This document shows, piece after piece, positions 55,565 through 64,000 of a DNA stretch of 64,000 nucleotides. Below the pieces are notes generated by a model that did no database searches, was not told where the DNA came from, and was given only the letters and a program-made list of their open reading frames with translations. Each line of letters opens with the position of its first letter. Positions within the stretch are counted from its first letter, which is position 1. A program made the translations under genes and the position numbers. The stretch lies in NCBI GenBank assembly GCA_947452235.1, contig CANGBK010000004.1:7368-71367 (forward strand), given 5' to 3'. The stretch is from Micrococcales bacterium (GTDB lineage: Bacteria > Actinomycetota > Actinomycetes > Actinomycetales > Microbacteriaceae).

Positions 55565-56274
55565 CGAACTATGAAAGCCTGACATTCAGGGCAAATAGCA
55601 AGTTCATCCTCAGGTAGTGACTTGATGTTATCGAGTGCACCAACAGTTAGGTTCATACGGCAAGCAGTGCAGCCACGGTCATCAACGGTTCCAACCGCAA
55701 TCTGTCTTGTTGCTAGCTTCTCGTATTGACTAAGAACTTCCTGAGAAACCTTTTCAACAACAACTGCTTTATCTGCGGTTAGTTTTCGACCCTGGCTCTT
55801 TAGTTCATCAACCTTGGCTTGAATCTCGTCTTGCAGCTTCACTAGCGAAGTGTTGATTGACTCCTTCTTTGAGGTTGCTTGGGCTAGAACTTTTTCACTG
55901 GCTTCCAGTTCAGCAAGTAAACCTAATTCAATGTCTTCAAGATCAGACATTCGCTTCTTCAGAGATTCAATCTCACGCTCGATAGCCTGCGCATCTTTAG
56001 GTGAACTAGTTGTGTTTAGCCGCTCTGTGTCTCTGGCAAGTCTTTCATCAACCAGACGAATGTCTTCCTCGGATCTTCTGACAGTCAAAGATAAGTTCTC
56101 AGCTTCTGTTCGGGCAGCGAGTAGCTCGCCAGCACTTAGTGTCAGTTGTTCCTGAAGATCAGCTAACTCTTTCGAATCAATCTGGCGAAGCAGTTCAGCC
56201 TTCAATTTAGCTAGAGCTAAATCAATCTCTCCAAGCTTTAGTAAAGCTGCTTGACCTGGTTTATCTAGTTTCAT
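55561..56274 (-). CDS. Coiled-coil zinc-ribbon protein (COG1579-like)
   Basis: A long coiled coil followed by the CTACRMNL...CPECQAFIV C4 zinc ribbon. The start is refined to ATG 56274 (MKLDKPGQAALLKL), 1 nt after the Nif3 stop with GAGGG upstream. Confidence 0.8.
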   Translation of the reverse strand: MKLDKPGQAALLKLGEIDLALAKLKAELLRQIDSKELADLQEQLTLSAGELLAARTEAENLSLTVRRSEEDIRLVDERLARDTERLNTTSSPKDAQAIEREIESLKKRMSDLEDIELGLLAELEASEKVLAQATSKKESINTSLVKLQDEIQAKVDELKSQGRKLTADKAVVVEKVSQEVLSQYEKLATRQIAVGTVDDRGCTACRMNLTVGALDNIKSLPEDELAICPECQAFIVR

Positions 56275-56275
56275 T

Positions 56276-57097
56276 TCATACCCTCGGGACATTCATAAGA
56301 AAATCAAAGACGTCAGTTCTAATCTCACTGATGACTACTTCCAGACCAGAGATATTGGCCATTAGTTCTTTTTTAGCTTGCTCTAACCAAACAAATTCCG
56401 CCGCCCAGTGAGAAATGTCAACCAGAGAGAAATCAATTCCTCTTGCCTTTGCTTGTTCTAGTATCTCCTGTGCTGGATGGTGTCTTAGATCAGAAGTGAT
56501 GTAAACATCTGCTCCAGAATCCAAAGCAGTTTGCAGGTAAGCATCCCCAGCACCCGCACAGAGAGCAATCTTAGAGACAGCTCTGTCGTATTCACCAGCA
56601 ACACGAACACCACTGGCAGTTGCCGGTAGAACGGCATTGAGTTTGCCAGCTAGTTGACCTAAAGACATGTCCTGATCTAGTTCCCCAATAACACCTATTC
56701 CAGTTCCATCTGCATTGGGAACCAAAGGTCGTACTTTAGTTAATCCAATAAGTGAGGAAAGTACGTTGCTCGTACCTGACTTTTGAACATCGGCGTTGGT
56801 ATGTGCTGAGTAAAGAGCAATCTCTGCTCTAATCAACGAACTTAGCAGAGCACCCTTGCTAGTGTCTTCGGCAACTGTGTTGATGCCTTTAAGAAGCAAA
56901 GGATGATGAGCTAGGAGTAAATCAAACTTGCCCTCAATAGCTTCCGCAACAACTTCGGCAGTGACATCAACAGTTAAGAGCACACGCTTAACTTCTTGCG
57001 TGTTATTACCTGTTACTAAACCAACACGATCCCAGTCTTCGGCGGATGTGGTGGGCCAAAGCTTATTTAGTTCTAGAAGTAAACCTGAAAGTTGCAT
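56276..57097 (-). CDS. Nif3-like dinuclear metal center protein
   Basis: LLLAHHPLL, YSAHTNAD and ISHWAAE motifs of the NIF3/YqfO family. The ATG overlaps the upstream stop (TAATG). Confidence 0.87.
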   Translation of the reverse strand: MQLSGLLLELNKLWPTTSAEDWDRVGLVTGNNTQEVKRVLLTVDVTAEVVAEAIEGKFDLLLAHHPLLLKGINTVAEDTSKGALLSSLIRAEIALYSAHTNADVQKSGTSNVLSSLIGLTKVRPLVPNADGTGIGVIGELDQDMSLGQLAGKLNAVLPATASGVRVAGEYDRAVSKIALCAGAGDAYLQTALDSGADVYITSDLRHHPAQEILEQAKARGIDFSLVDISHWAAEFVWLEQAKKELMANISGLEVVISEIRTDVFDFLMNVPRV

Positions 57098-59220
57098 TAC
57101 TCTTGGCCAACAAAGATGTCGTTAAGTTGTTCTCGCCTAGATTCAACTTCTAGAACTTCGCGCTCTTGCTTTCTAATCTGAGGAATTCTGGCAGCGAGAG
57201 TCAAAATGATCGCGAAGGCAAAGCTGATAGCCAAACCAAACATCTGTGAACCGGCTAGTCCCAGCGAACTAGAAAGGAATCCAGTGAAACCAAAACCTAA
57301 AAGATCAACTGGAACCAAAGCGGTAGCAAGTGAAGTAGTGATAACCCAGATTGTGAATGAAAGCACGTTGAACTTTCCATAGAACCCATATGATCTAGTC
57401 AATGACAGTTCATGGTAAGCAATTTTACGTAGAGCAACATCTGAAACGAACATTGCCATCCATGCAATTGAAAGCACAGCAGCTAACACAAACATGTTAA
57501 CTAGATAGTCGATGGTTTGGCGAGCAGGCTGGAAACTGAACAGAACCAAAGCACAAACGGTGAGGAGAAGACTGATAACCAAAGCCCAGGTCTTGCTTCT
57601 GAATCTAAATAACGACAGAACATCCTGAGCAGCTGTTCGAAGTGACATCGAAACTATATAGAAAATCGACAAGGCTATTGAACTTCCAACAGCGCCTCTG
57701 ACCCATATAGGCAGAGCGCTGAATGCTAACTTGAGGTTCACGATTATTGCATCTGGCCCGCCTGCTACGTCATAGACAACCAATGAACTAAACCAAGCAG
57801 TGGCAACTGTTGCAACGGCAAAAGGAATAATGAAATTTGAAACAAGAACATGGAGGAAAACTCTGGAACCCTTGTATTTCATAGGAATTGCTTTAGCGGA
57901 GTTTGGTGCCAGTGAAACAAAGAGCGTGATGACAACTAAGACCACTAAACCAATTGACTCGATTGATGCTCTGCTGAAGAATGCTAAAGAACCAGGAGTC
58001 AAATTGTGAATTGCAAGGGAAGCACCAATTGATCCTTCAAAAATAAACCCAAAAGCAAGAAGGCTCACCAAGACTTGCAAGATTCTTCCTGCAGCTTTTC
58101 TAACGAGTGCAAGTAAGAATGCTGCAACAAGCAACGCAAGACAGACAACTAGACCAACCGTGATGTTGAAACCTCCAAGAGCAACAAGCGAAGTTTCAAA
58201 GCTAGGAAGCTTAGGTTCAACGCCATTCATAAGAATTGCGAAGGCTGAAACTGCAAGAGCAGAAAGAATTACTCGAGCGATTAGAACCAGAGTAAGCGGG
58301 GCTGCATTGCCCCAAACGCCAAACACAGCTCTGGAAATAGTTGCTGTTGAAAGTCCGCTTCTCTTTCCGGCTAACGATGCAACTGCGATAAGTAAACCTG
58401 CAACTAGGTAGCCAACGCCAAGATCAAGTAGAACGGTAGTGAACGAGAGCCCCCTTGCAACCAAAACATATGCAAGCAGCATTGGAACAATGGTTGCACT
58501 CAACCCTAGCCAAGCTCCAAGCTGAGAGACAGGTTTTCTGTTCCTGTGTTCATCGGTTGGAATCTGAACATTACTTGGCTTTGTGCTTACCGTTTCTTCT
58601 TTTCGTGAATCTTCAAGAGCAGTTAACTCTTCTTCCGCAGCAGCGCTAACAAGCAGTTGTTCAAATTCGTCTACTGTTTCTTCACCTTCAACGTGAAGTT
58701 CAGTTTCGGGTTCTTCAACCAAGTCAACTTCTTCAGAGGTGATCACTTCATCAACAAAAACTTCAGGTTGAGTTTCATCAACCACAGGTACATCAATAAC
58801 TGATTCTTCAACAACGATTTCAACTTCATCAGTTTTTGTAAACCAACTAAAAGGTTCAGCTGCTGGAGTTTCTGGTTGTTGAATAACTGCCTCGGGTTCT
58901 GGAGTTACCTCAGGTTGCTCGTTGTGCAATGGCTCGGCAATGTACGCAGGTTGAATCGGCTCAGAAAAAGGTGCTGGAATAGGTTGCCCACGGTATGTGG
59001 CAAGAGCTGCAATTGATTCTTGTGAACCCTCTGACTCCATGGTCATTACCCAGGCTGCAAGTTCTTGATCCTCTTGGGCTCTAAGAGCCTCCTGGGTGAC
59101 CAAGAGCTCCATAACTGACTCAAGCCCTTGGTGAGAGTCGGTGGCCTGATTGACCCGTGCAGATAGCTCCTCATCAGAAAGTGAGTGCCTGACTGGAGGT
59201 TGATAACGGCTAGATTCCAT
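57097..59220 (-). CDS. 12-TM permease (NCS1 / purine-cytosine permease-like) with about 230-aa acidic N-terminal extension
   Basis: About 12 hydrophobic helices by eye. The GKRSGLSTATISRAVFGVWGN segment resembles the NCS1/CodB TM1-2 loop motif. The N-terminal third is E/V/P-rich and non-membrane. ATG 59220 (AGGA 7 nt upstream) is preferred; the track TTG start is 59226. Confidence 0.6.
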   Translation of the reverse strand: MESSRYQPPVRHSLSDEELSARVNQATDSHQGLESVMELLVTQEALRAQEDQELAAWVMTMESEGSQESIAALATYRGQPIPAPFSEPIQPAYIAEPLHNEQPEVTPEPEAVIQQPETPAAEPFSWFTKTDEVEIVVEESVIDVPVVDETQPEVFVDEVITSEEVDLVEEPETELHVEGEETVDEFEQLLVSAAAEEELTALEDSRKEETVSTKPSNVQIPTDEHRNRKPVSQLGAWLGLSATIVPMLLAYVLVARGLSFTTVLLDLGVGYLVAGLLIAVASLAGKRSGLSTATISRAVFGVWGNAAPLTLVLIARVILSALAVSAFAILMNGVEPKLPSFETSLVALGGFNITVGLVVCLALLVAAFLLALVRKAAGRILQVLVSLLAFGFIFEGSIGASLAIHNLTPGSLAFFSRASIESIGLVVLVVITLFVSLAPNSAKAIPMKYKGSRVFLHVLVSNFIIPFAVATVATAWFSSLVVYDVAGGPDAIIVNLKLAFSALPIWVRGAVGSSIALSIFYIVSMSLRTAAQDVLSLFRFRSKTWALVISLLLTVCALVLFSFQPARQTIDYLVNMFVLAAVLSIAWMAMFVSDVALRKIAYHELSLTRSYGFYGKFNVLSFTIWVITTSLATALVPVDLLGFGFTGFLSSSLGLAGSQMFGLAISFAFAIILTLAARIPQIRKQEREVLEVESRREQLNDIFVGQE

Positions 59221-59231
59221 AGCCAAATCCT

Positions 59232-59264
59232 ACCGCCGAGGCCTATGACCTGCCTCTAGGCGGT
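59232..59264 (-). terminator. GC-rich hairpin between tRNA-Val and the permease gene (weak terminator or processing/attenuation element)
   Basis: accgcc+gaggc (59232-59242) pairs with gcctc+ggcggt (59252-59264), with a 2-nt bulge and a 9-nt loop. Only a short TTT follows on the minus strand. The 3' arm abuts the putative SD of the permease gene. Confidence 0.3.
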
Positions 59265-59277
59265 AATTGTGAAAAAG

Positions 59278-59350
59278 TGGGCCCTACCGGGCTCGAACCG
59301 ATGACATCCACGGTGTAAGCGTGGCGCTCTACCAACTGAGCTAAAGGCCC
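59278..59350 (-). tRNA. tRNA-Val (anticodon TAC), CCA not encoded
   Basis: The reverse complement gggcctttagctcagttggtagagcgccacgcttACaccgtggatgtcatcggttcgagcccggtagggccca has anticodon loop ctTACac and a GGTTCGAGCC T arm. Confidence 0.92.
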
Positions 59351-59399
59351 TCTTCGTCACTTCATTGCCATAAAGGCAACTAGAAAACTATACAACAGG

Positions 59400-59864
59400 C
59401 TAGAGCCCTAAAGAAGCCAAAGCGCGATTGTATTCATCTAAAGATCTTGGTTGACCAACTGCGGTCACGAATTTGCTGACCAAAACACCCTCTTTATCAA
59501 TAACGAAGGTGGCTCGGTTGGCAATTCCAGCGTCTTCAAGGAAAACCCCGTAGTCCTTGGCAACCTGCCCGTGAGGCCAGAAATCTGCCAAAACAGAGAA
59601 CTTATAGCCCTCTTGCTCGGCAAATTGCTTCTGAACGAACTTGCTGTCTACTGAAATAGCCAACAATTCGACATTTTTGTTCTCAAAATTAGCGAAATTG
59701 TCTCTAAGTTCACATAGTTCACCGGTGCAGATACCCGAGAAAGACAGAGGGTAGAAAACGATGACAACTGGCTTTTCACCTCTGAACTGAGACAAGGTCA
59801 CTGCTTCGCCAAATTGGTTGGTCAAAGTGAAATCTGGGGCTAAATCCCCTACCAAAATGCTCAT
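59400..59864 (-). CDS. ahpE: Peroxiredoxin (AhpE-like, AhpC/TSA family)
   Basis: VVIVFYPLSFSGICTGELCELRD contains the peroxidatic Cys context, very close to mycobacterial AhpE FFPLAFTGICQGEL (from memory). 154 aa. Confidence 0.88.
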   Translation of the reverse strand: MSILVGDLAPDFTLTNQFGEAVTLSQFRGEKPVVIVFYPLSFSGICTGELCELRDNFANFENKNVELLAISVDSKFVQKQFAEQEGYKFSVLADFWPHGQVAKDYGVFLEDAGIANRATFVIDKEGVLVSKFVTAVGQPRSLDEYNRALASLGL

Positions 59865-59961
59865 ATATTCTCCTTCATGGCTCTTTCTATAAAAGCCTAA
59901 CCCTTAGAGAAGAAAAGCCTAAACTTATTAGGTGCCTAACCAGGGCCGAAAAACCAGATTA

Positions 59962-59990
59962 TTGACATCTAGCTCTACATCTATGAACTT
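59962..59990 (+). promoter_or_regulatory. Candidate promoter for aceE
   Basis: TTGACA (59962-59967), a 17-nt spacer, then the weak -10 GAACTT (59985-59990), about 30 nt upstream of the aceE start. Pattern match only. Confidence 0.25.
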
Positions 59991-60020
59991 GGGTGTCCTA
60001 ATAACCGAAACGAGGATTCG

Positions 60021-62747
60021 TTGTCCGTGAACAACCAGGACGCTTACCTAAGCAACTCTTTTGACCAAGATCCAGAAGAGACCAGAGAGTGGATTGAATC
60101 ACTCGATGCTCTAACTAGAGTTCACGGCAAAGCTCGTGCACGAGAAATTATGTTGAACCTTTTGAAGCGTTCAAACGAATTGCACCTCGGTCTTCCAACT
60201 AATCCGGTAACTGATTACATCAACACAATTCCAACTAGTGAAGAGCCTGTATTCCCGGGTGATGAAACTATCGAAAGAACTTACCGCGCTTGGATGCGTT
60301 GGAACGCAGCTATCTTGGTGCACCGTGCTCAGCGACCAGGTATTGCTGTTGGTGGTCACATCTCAACTTTTGCATCATCTGCATCGTTGTATGAGATTGG
60401 TTTCAACCACTTCTTCAAAGGTCAAGATCACATTTCTGGTGGAGATCAAATCTTTATTCAAGGTCACGCAAGCCCTGGTCCATACGCAAGAGCTTTCCTT
60501 GAAGGTCGCCTAAGCGAAGAACAATTGAATGGTTTCCGTCAAGAGAAATCTCACGTTTCGGGTTCGCTATCTTCATATCCTCACCCACGCTTGATGCCAG
60601 ATTTCTGGCAGTTCCCAACCGTGTCTATGGGTATTGGCCCAATCAACGCGATCTACCAAGCACAGTTCAACCGTTACCTTTCGGGTCGTGGATTCAAGGA
60701 CACTTCTGAGCAGCATGTCTGGGCTTTCCTAGGTGATGGCGAGCTTGATGAAGTTGAATCACGCGGTGCACTGCAACTTGCCGCTAACGATGGTTTAGAC
60801 AATCTGACTTTCGTTGTGAACTGTAACCTGCAAAGACTTGATGGTCCTGTTCGCGGTAACGGGAAAATCATGCAGGAACTTGAAGCATTCTTCAGAGGTG
60901 CAGGTTGGAATGTCATCAAAGTTGTTTGGGGTCGTGAATGGGATTCACTTCTTAAAGCAGACACTGATGGCGCTCTAGTGAACCTAATGAACAACACACC
61001 GGATGGTGATTACCAGACATACAAGACTATGGATGGTGGATACATCAGGGAGAACTTCTTCGGAAGAGATCCACGAACTGCAAAACTCGTTGAGCACATG
61101 ACCGATGAACAAATCTGGGGTCTAAAGCGCGGTGGTCACGACTACAAGAAGGTCTACGCTGCCTACGCAGCTGCTCTGGCTCACAAGGGACAGCCAACGG
61201 TGATCTTGGCTAAGACCATTAAGGGTTACGGTTTAGGTAAAGCATTCGAAGGTCGCAACGCAACTCACCAGATGAAGAAGCTGACCTTAGAGAACTTGAA
61301 GTCATTCAGAGATGATCTTCATATTCCTATTACAGATGCACAGCTAGAAGCTGATCCATATCAACCTCCGTATTTCCGTCCAGCAGCTAACACTCCTGAG
61401 ATTGAATACATGCACGAGAGAAGAAGAGCTCTCGGTGGTTACCTTCCTGAACGTAGAAGCAAGTATGTTTCTTTTGAATTACCTGAAGAAAAGACTTATG
61501 ACATCGCTAAGGGTGGTTCAGGCACTCAAGAAATTGCAACCACTATGGCTTTCGTCAGATTGCTAAAAGACCTTCTTCGAACCAAAGAATTTGGTCCAAG
61601 AATTGTTCCAATCATTCCTGATGAGGCGCGAACCTTCGGTATGGATGCCTTCTTCCCTACTGCAAAGATCTATAACCCGAGAGGTCAGCACTACACATCC
61701 GTTGACCGTGAATTACTTCTTTCATATAAGGAAGCTAACGACGGACAGATTCTTCACACAGGAATTAACGAAGCTGGATCTGTTGCAGCATTTACTGCAG
61801 CAGCAACTTCATATGCAACTCAGGGTCAACCAATGATCCCGTTCTATGTGTTCTATTCCATGTTTGGTTTCCAAAGAACTGCCGACTCAATCTGGGCAGC
61901 GACTGATCAGCTATCACGTGGTTTCATGATCGGTGCAACAGCAGGTCGAACGACTCTTACAGGTGAAGGACTACAGCACGCTGATGGCCACTCACCTATC
62001 ATCGCGGCAACCAACACTGGAGTCATTACCTATGACCCTGCCTACGGTTATGAGATTGGTCACATCATCAAGGATGGTCTGGAAAGAATGTATGGAGGTA
62101 AGCACGTAGATCCAAACGTTGTTTACTACCTAACTGTTTACAACGAGCCAATCGTCCAGCCTGCAGAACCAGAGAACCTAGACGTTGAAGGATTGCTAAA
62201 GGGTATCTACCGAGTTAGCGCTAGCTCTCACCCAGGTAAGAAAGCTCAGATTCTTGCCTCTGGTGTTGCCCTGCCTTGGGCTTACGAAGCACAGAAGCTT
62301 CTGCAAGAAGACTGGGATGTCTCTGCAGACATTTGGTCTGTCACATCTTGGACTGAACTTCGTAGAGACGCTCTAAGTTGCGACGAGAAGAAGTTCCTAT
62401 TCCCTTCAGAGCCAGCACCGCTACCTTACGTTACAAACAAGCTTGCTGGCGAACCTGGTCCATTCCTGGGTGTTAGCGACTACATGCACCAGGTGCCGGA
62501 CCAGATCCGTAAATGGATTCCAGGTGAGTATGCGACTTTGGGTGCTGATGGTTTTGGTTTCTCAGACACTAGAGCTGCTGCTAGACGACACTTCAAGATT
62601 GATGGTCCATCTATTGTTGTTCGCATCCTTGAACAACTTGCTTCACGTGGAGACGTTGCTCCTGACGCTCCACAAAAAGCAATTGATAAATACCGCTTAC
62701 TTGATGTCACAGCTGGAACTTCTGGCAGTGCAGGCGGAGACGCGTAA
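60021..62747 (+). CDS. aceE: Pyruvate dehydrogenase E1 component (homodimeric AceE type)
   Basis: 908 aa with the [13 protein letters not shown]-terminus, [11 protein letters not shown], the GDGELDE TPP motif and [17 protein letters not shown] start with GAGGA upstream (GTG 60027 is an alternative). Confidence 0.95.
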   Translation: MSVNNQDAYLSNSFDQDPEETREWIESLDALTRVHGKARAREIMLNLLKRSNELHLGLPTNPVTDYINTIPTSEEPVFPGDETIERTYRAWMRWNAAILVHRAQRPGIAVGGHISTFASSASLYEIGFNHFFKGQDHISGGDQIFIQGHASPGPYARAFLEGRLSEEQLNGFRQEKSHVSGSLSSYPHPRLMPDFWQFPTVSMGIGPINAIYQAQFNRYLSGRGFKDTSEQHVWAFLGDGELDEVESRGALQLAANDGLDNLTFVVNCNLQRLDGPVRGNGKIMQELEAFFRGAGWNVIKVVWGREWDSLLKADTDGALVNLMNNTPDGDYQTYKTMDGGYIRENFFGRDPRTAKLVEHMTDEQIWGLKRGGHDYKKVYAAYAAALAHKGQPTVILAKTIKGYGLGKAFEGRNATHQMKKLTLENLKSFRDDLHIPITDAQLEADPYQPPYFRPAANTPEIEYMHERRRALGGYLPERRSKYVSFELPEEKTYDIAKGGSGTQEIATTMAFVRLLKDLLRTKEFGPRIVPIIPDEARTFGMDAFFPTAKIYNPRGQHYTSVDRELLLSYKEANDGQILHTGINEAGSVAAFTAAATSYATQGQPMIPFYVFYSMFGFQRTADSIWAATDQLSRGFMIGATAGRTTLTGEGLQHADGHSPIIAATNTGVITYDPAYGYEIGHIIKDGLERMYGGKHVDPNVVYYLTVYNEPIVQPAEPENLDVEGLLKGIYRVSASSHPGKKAQILASGVALPWAYEAQKLLQEDWDVSADIWSVTSWTELRRDALSCDEKKFLFPSEPAPLPYVTNKLAGEPGPFLGVSDYMHQVPDQIRKWIPGEYATLGADGFGFSDTRAAARRHFKIDGPSIVVRILEQLASRGDVAPDAPQKAIDKYRLLDVTAGTSGSAGGDA

Positions 62748-62750
62748 AGC

Positions 62751-63662
62751 ATGATTGTTTTACTTTGTCCAGGTCAGGGTTCTCAGAAACCAGGTTTTCT
62801 AAATAGCTGGTTAGAGATTGATTCATTCAAGAGCAACATTGAATCCCTAGCTGAAACTATTTCACTTGACCTGATCAAACACGGAACAGTTTCAGATGAA
62901 GAAACAATTCGCGACACCGCAATCGCTCAACCTTTGATTGTTGCAGCGAGCATCGCAACTGCAAATCTTCTCAACATATCCTCTGTCTCTGGAGTCGCTG
63001 GCCACTCTGTTGGTGAAGTTGCCGCAACCTACATCTCGGGAGTTCTTTCAGAATCTGAATCAATCACTTTGGTGAACCTTCGTGCACAAGTTATGGCTGA
63101 AGCTGCTAAGGCAACAACAGGAACTGGGATGGCAGCTGTTCTTGGTGGTGAAGAAGAAGTAGTCATTGCAAAGCTAACTGAACTTGGTCTCTCACCTGCA
63201 AACTACAACGGCGCAGGTCAGATAGTTGCGGCAGGTCTTTCTTCGAAGATTCAAGAACTAGTTACAAACCCACCGCAAGGAAGCAAAGTAATTCCGTTGA
63301 GTGTTGCCGGTGCTTTCCACACTTCATTTATGGAACCTGCTGTTTCTAAACTTTCTGACTTTGTTTCAACGCTCACACCAAAAGATCCCCAAATGAACCT
63401 CTGGTCAAATCAAAATGGACAGCTCGTTTCCTCTGGTTCAGAATTTTTGAACTTACTGGTTGGTCAGGTTGCAAACTCAGTTCGCTGGGATCTTTGCATG
63501 AAGGCCATGGTTGCAACTGGGGTCACCGGCGTTATCGAACTTTCCCCTGCTGGAACTCTTTCTGGTCTTGCTAAGCGTGGAATGCCTGGCATTGAAATTG
63601 TTGCTTTGAAGTCACCCGATGATCTTGAAGCAGCTAAAGCACTAATCGCGAGTGAGGGCTAA
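62751..63662 (+). CDS. fabD: ACP S-malonyltransferase
   Basis: LLCPGQGSQKPG, active-site GHSVGE and the AGAFHT motif. Confidence 0.93.
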   Translation: MIVLLCPGQGSQKPGFLNSWLEIDSFKSNIESLAETISLDLIKHGTVSDEETIRDTAIAQPLIVAASIATANLLNISSVSGVAGHSVGEVAATYISGVLSESESITLVNLRAQVMAEAAKATTGTGMAAVLGGEEEVVIAKLTELGLSPANYNGAGQIVAAGLSSKIQELVTNPPQGSKVIPLSVAGAFHTSFMEPAVSKLSDFVSTLTPKDPQMNLWSNQNGQLVSSGSEFLNLLVGQVANSVRWDLCMKAMVATGVTGVIELSPAGTLSGLAKRGMPGIEIVALKSPDDLEAAKALIASEG

Positions 63663-64000
63663 ATGAGTCAACCAACTTTGAATCAGTTTCAAACAGTTAA
63701 GTACTCAAGAATATATGCTCTTGGTGCTTCACGTGGAGAACTAGTTGTTACAAACGATGACATCGCAGGTCCTATCGATTCAAGTGATGAGTGGATAAGA
63801 CAGCGCACTGGAATCATTACTCGTCGACGTGCATCAAAGAACCAATCACTCATGGACATGGCTGTTGAGGCTTCAAACGAAGCAATCAAAGGTGCAGGTA
63901 TTACACCGCAAGAAATAGGGGCTGTAATCTTCTCAACTATTACTCACCCTTACCAAACACCTTCAGCTGCAACTTTGCTTGCAGATCTAATCGGTGCGAA
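63663..64000 (+). CDS. fabH: Beta-ketoacyl-ACP synthase III, N-terminal part (runs off the window)
   Basis: My own translation from ATG 63663 gives MSQPTLNQFQTVKYSRIYALGASRGELVVTNDDIAGPIDSSDEWIRQRTGIITRR..., with the FabH SDEWI..RTGI motif. It follows the fabD stop directly (TAAATG). Confidence 0.85.
   Translation, partial: MSQPTLNQFQTVKYSRIYALGASRGELVVTNDDIAGPIDSSDEWIRQRTGIITRRRASKNQSLMDMAVEASNEAIKGAGITPQEIGAVIFSTITHPYQTPSAATLLADLIGA

Noticed and set aside
55026-55574. 182-aa plus-strand ORF
   Set aside because: It is fully antisense to the well-supported RNase H/histidine phosphatase gene. It has low-complexity S/A/T-rich composition, no SD and no recognisable motif, so it is a typical shadow ORF.
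1-64000. Window-wide look for a discrete novel multi-gene system (defence island, toxin-antitoxin, retron, CRISPR, secretion or biosynthetic cluster, mobile element)
   Set aside because: Every ORF longer than about 70 aa outside shadow frames is accounted for by conserved actinobacterial housekeeping or DUF families in conserved synteny. The exceptions are the few singletons reported as findings. I saw no repeat arrays, recombinases or compositional islands, so I cannot support such a claim from sequence alone.

Overview
This is a gene-dense, almost entirely coding core chromosomal segment of an actinobacterium. GC looks low, roughly mid-40s % by eye (not computed). Most intergenic spacers are under 100 nt and many genes overlap by 1-8 nt. 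I support 56 CDS, 4 tRNAs (a Gly-Cys-Val operon plus a lone Val-TAC), a type-A RNase P RNA, two reasonably clear intrinsic terminators, and a few candidate operators.

The content is housekeeping. It includes yebC-ruvC, pdxST, thrS, dxs, aconitase and dut, plus the actinobacterial DUF3159/DUF3710/DUF3093/DUF4193/sepH cluster. It also includes topoisomerase IV-like parC/parE, rpoD(hrdB-like)-murT-gatD, pepA-lpdA-sucB, lipBA, glnA-glnE-glnA2, nadE, panB, map, ppgK, an RNase H/phosphatase-Zn ribbon-Nif3 group, ahpE, and aceE-fabD-fabH. From memory, gene order matches several Mycobacterium tuberculosis blocks (around Rv2215-Rv2222c, Rv2228c-2230c, Rv2241-2243, Rv2680-2682c, Rv2696c-2699c and Rv2603c-2614c). 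The low GC and tight packing suggest a streamlined freshwater actinobacterium such as the acI/Nanopelagicales or Luna type; that is inference only.

I found no rRNA, CRISPR array, transposase, integrase, prophage or recognisable defence genes, and no convincing discrete novel multi-gene system.

The observations most worth a second look are:
- A GatD (MurT partner) homolog that contains no cysteine, so it cannot use the canonical Cys nucleophile.
- A secreted 14-blade RCC1-repeat protein lying 23 nt downstream of a tRNA operon with no Shine-Dalgarno (SD) sequence.
- An MFS transporter whose conserved first transmembrane (TM) helix is encoded upstream of any ATG/GTG/TTG, with a CTG in a CTGA overlap as the only candidate start.
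- GlnR-type boxes upstream of amt and glnA.
- An orphan membrane protein inserted in the otherwise conserved sucB-lipB junction.
- A 12-TM NCS1-like permease with a long acidic N-terminal extension.
- Systematic 4-nt stop-codon overlaps at convergent gene junctions.
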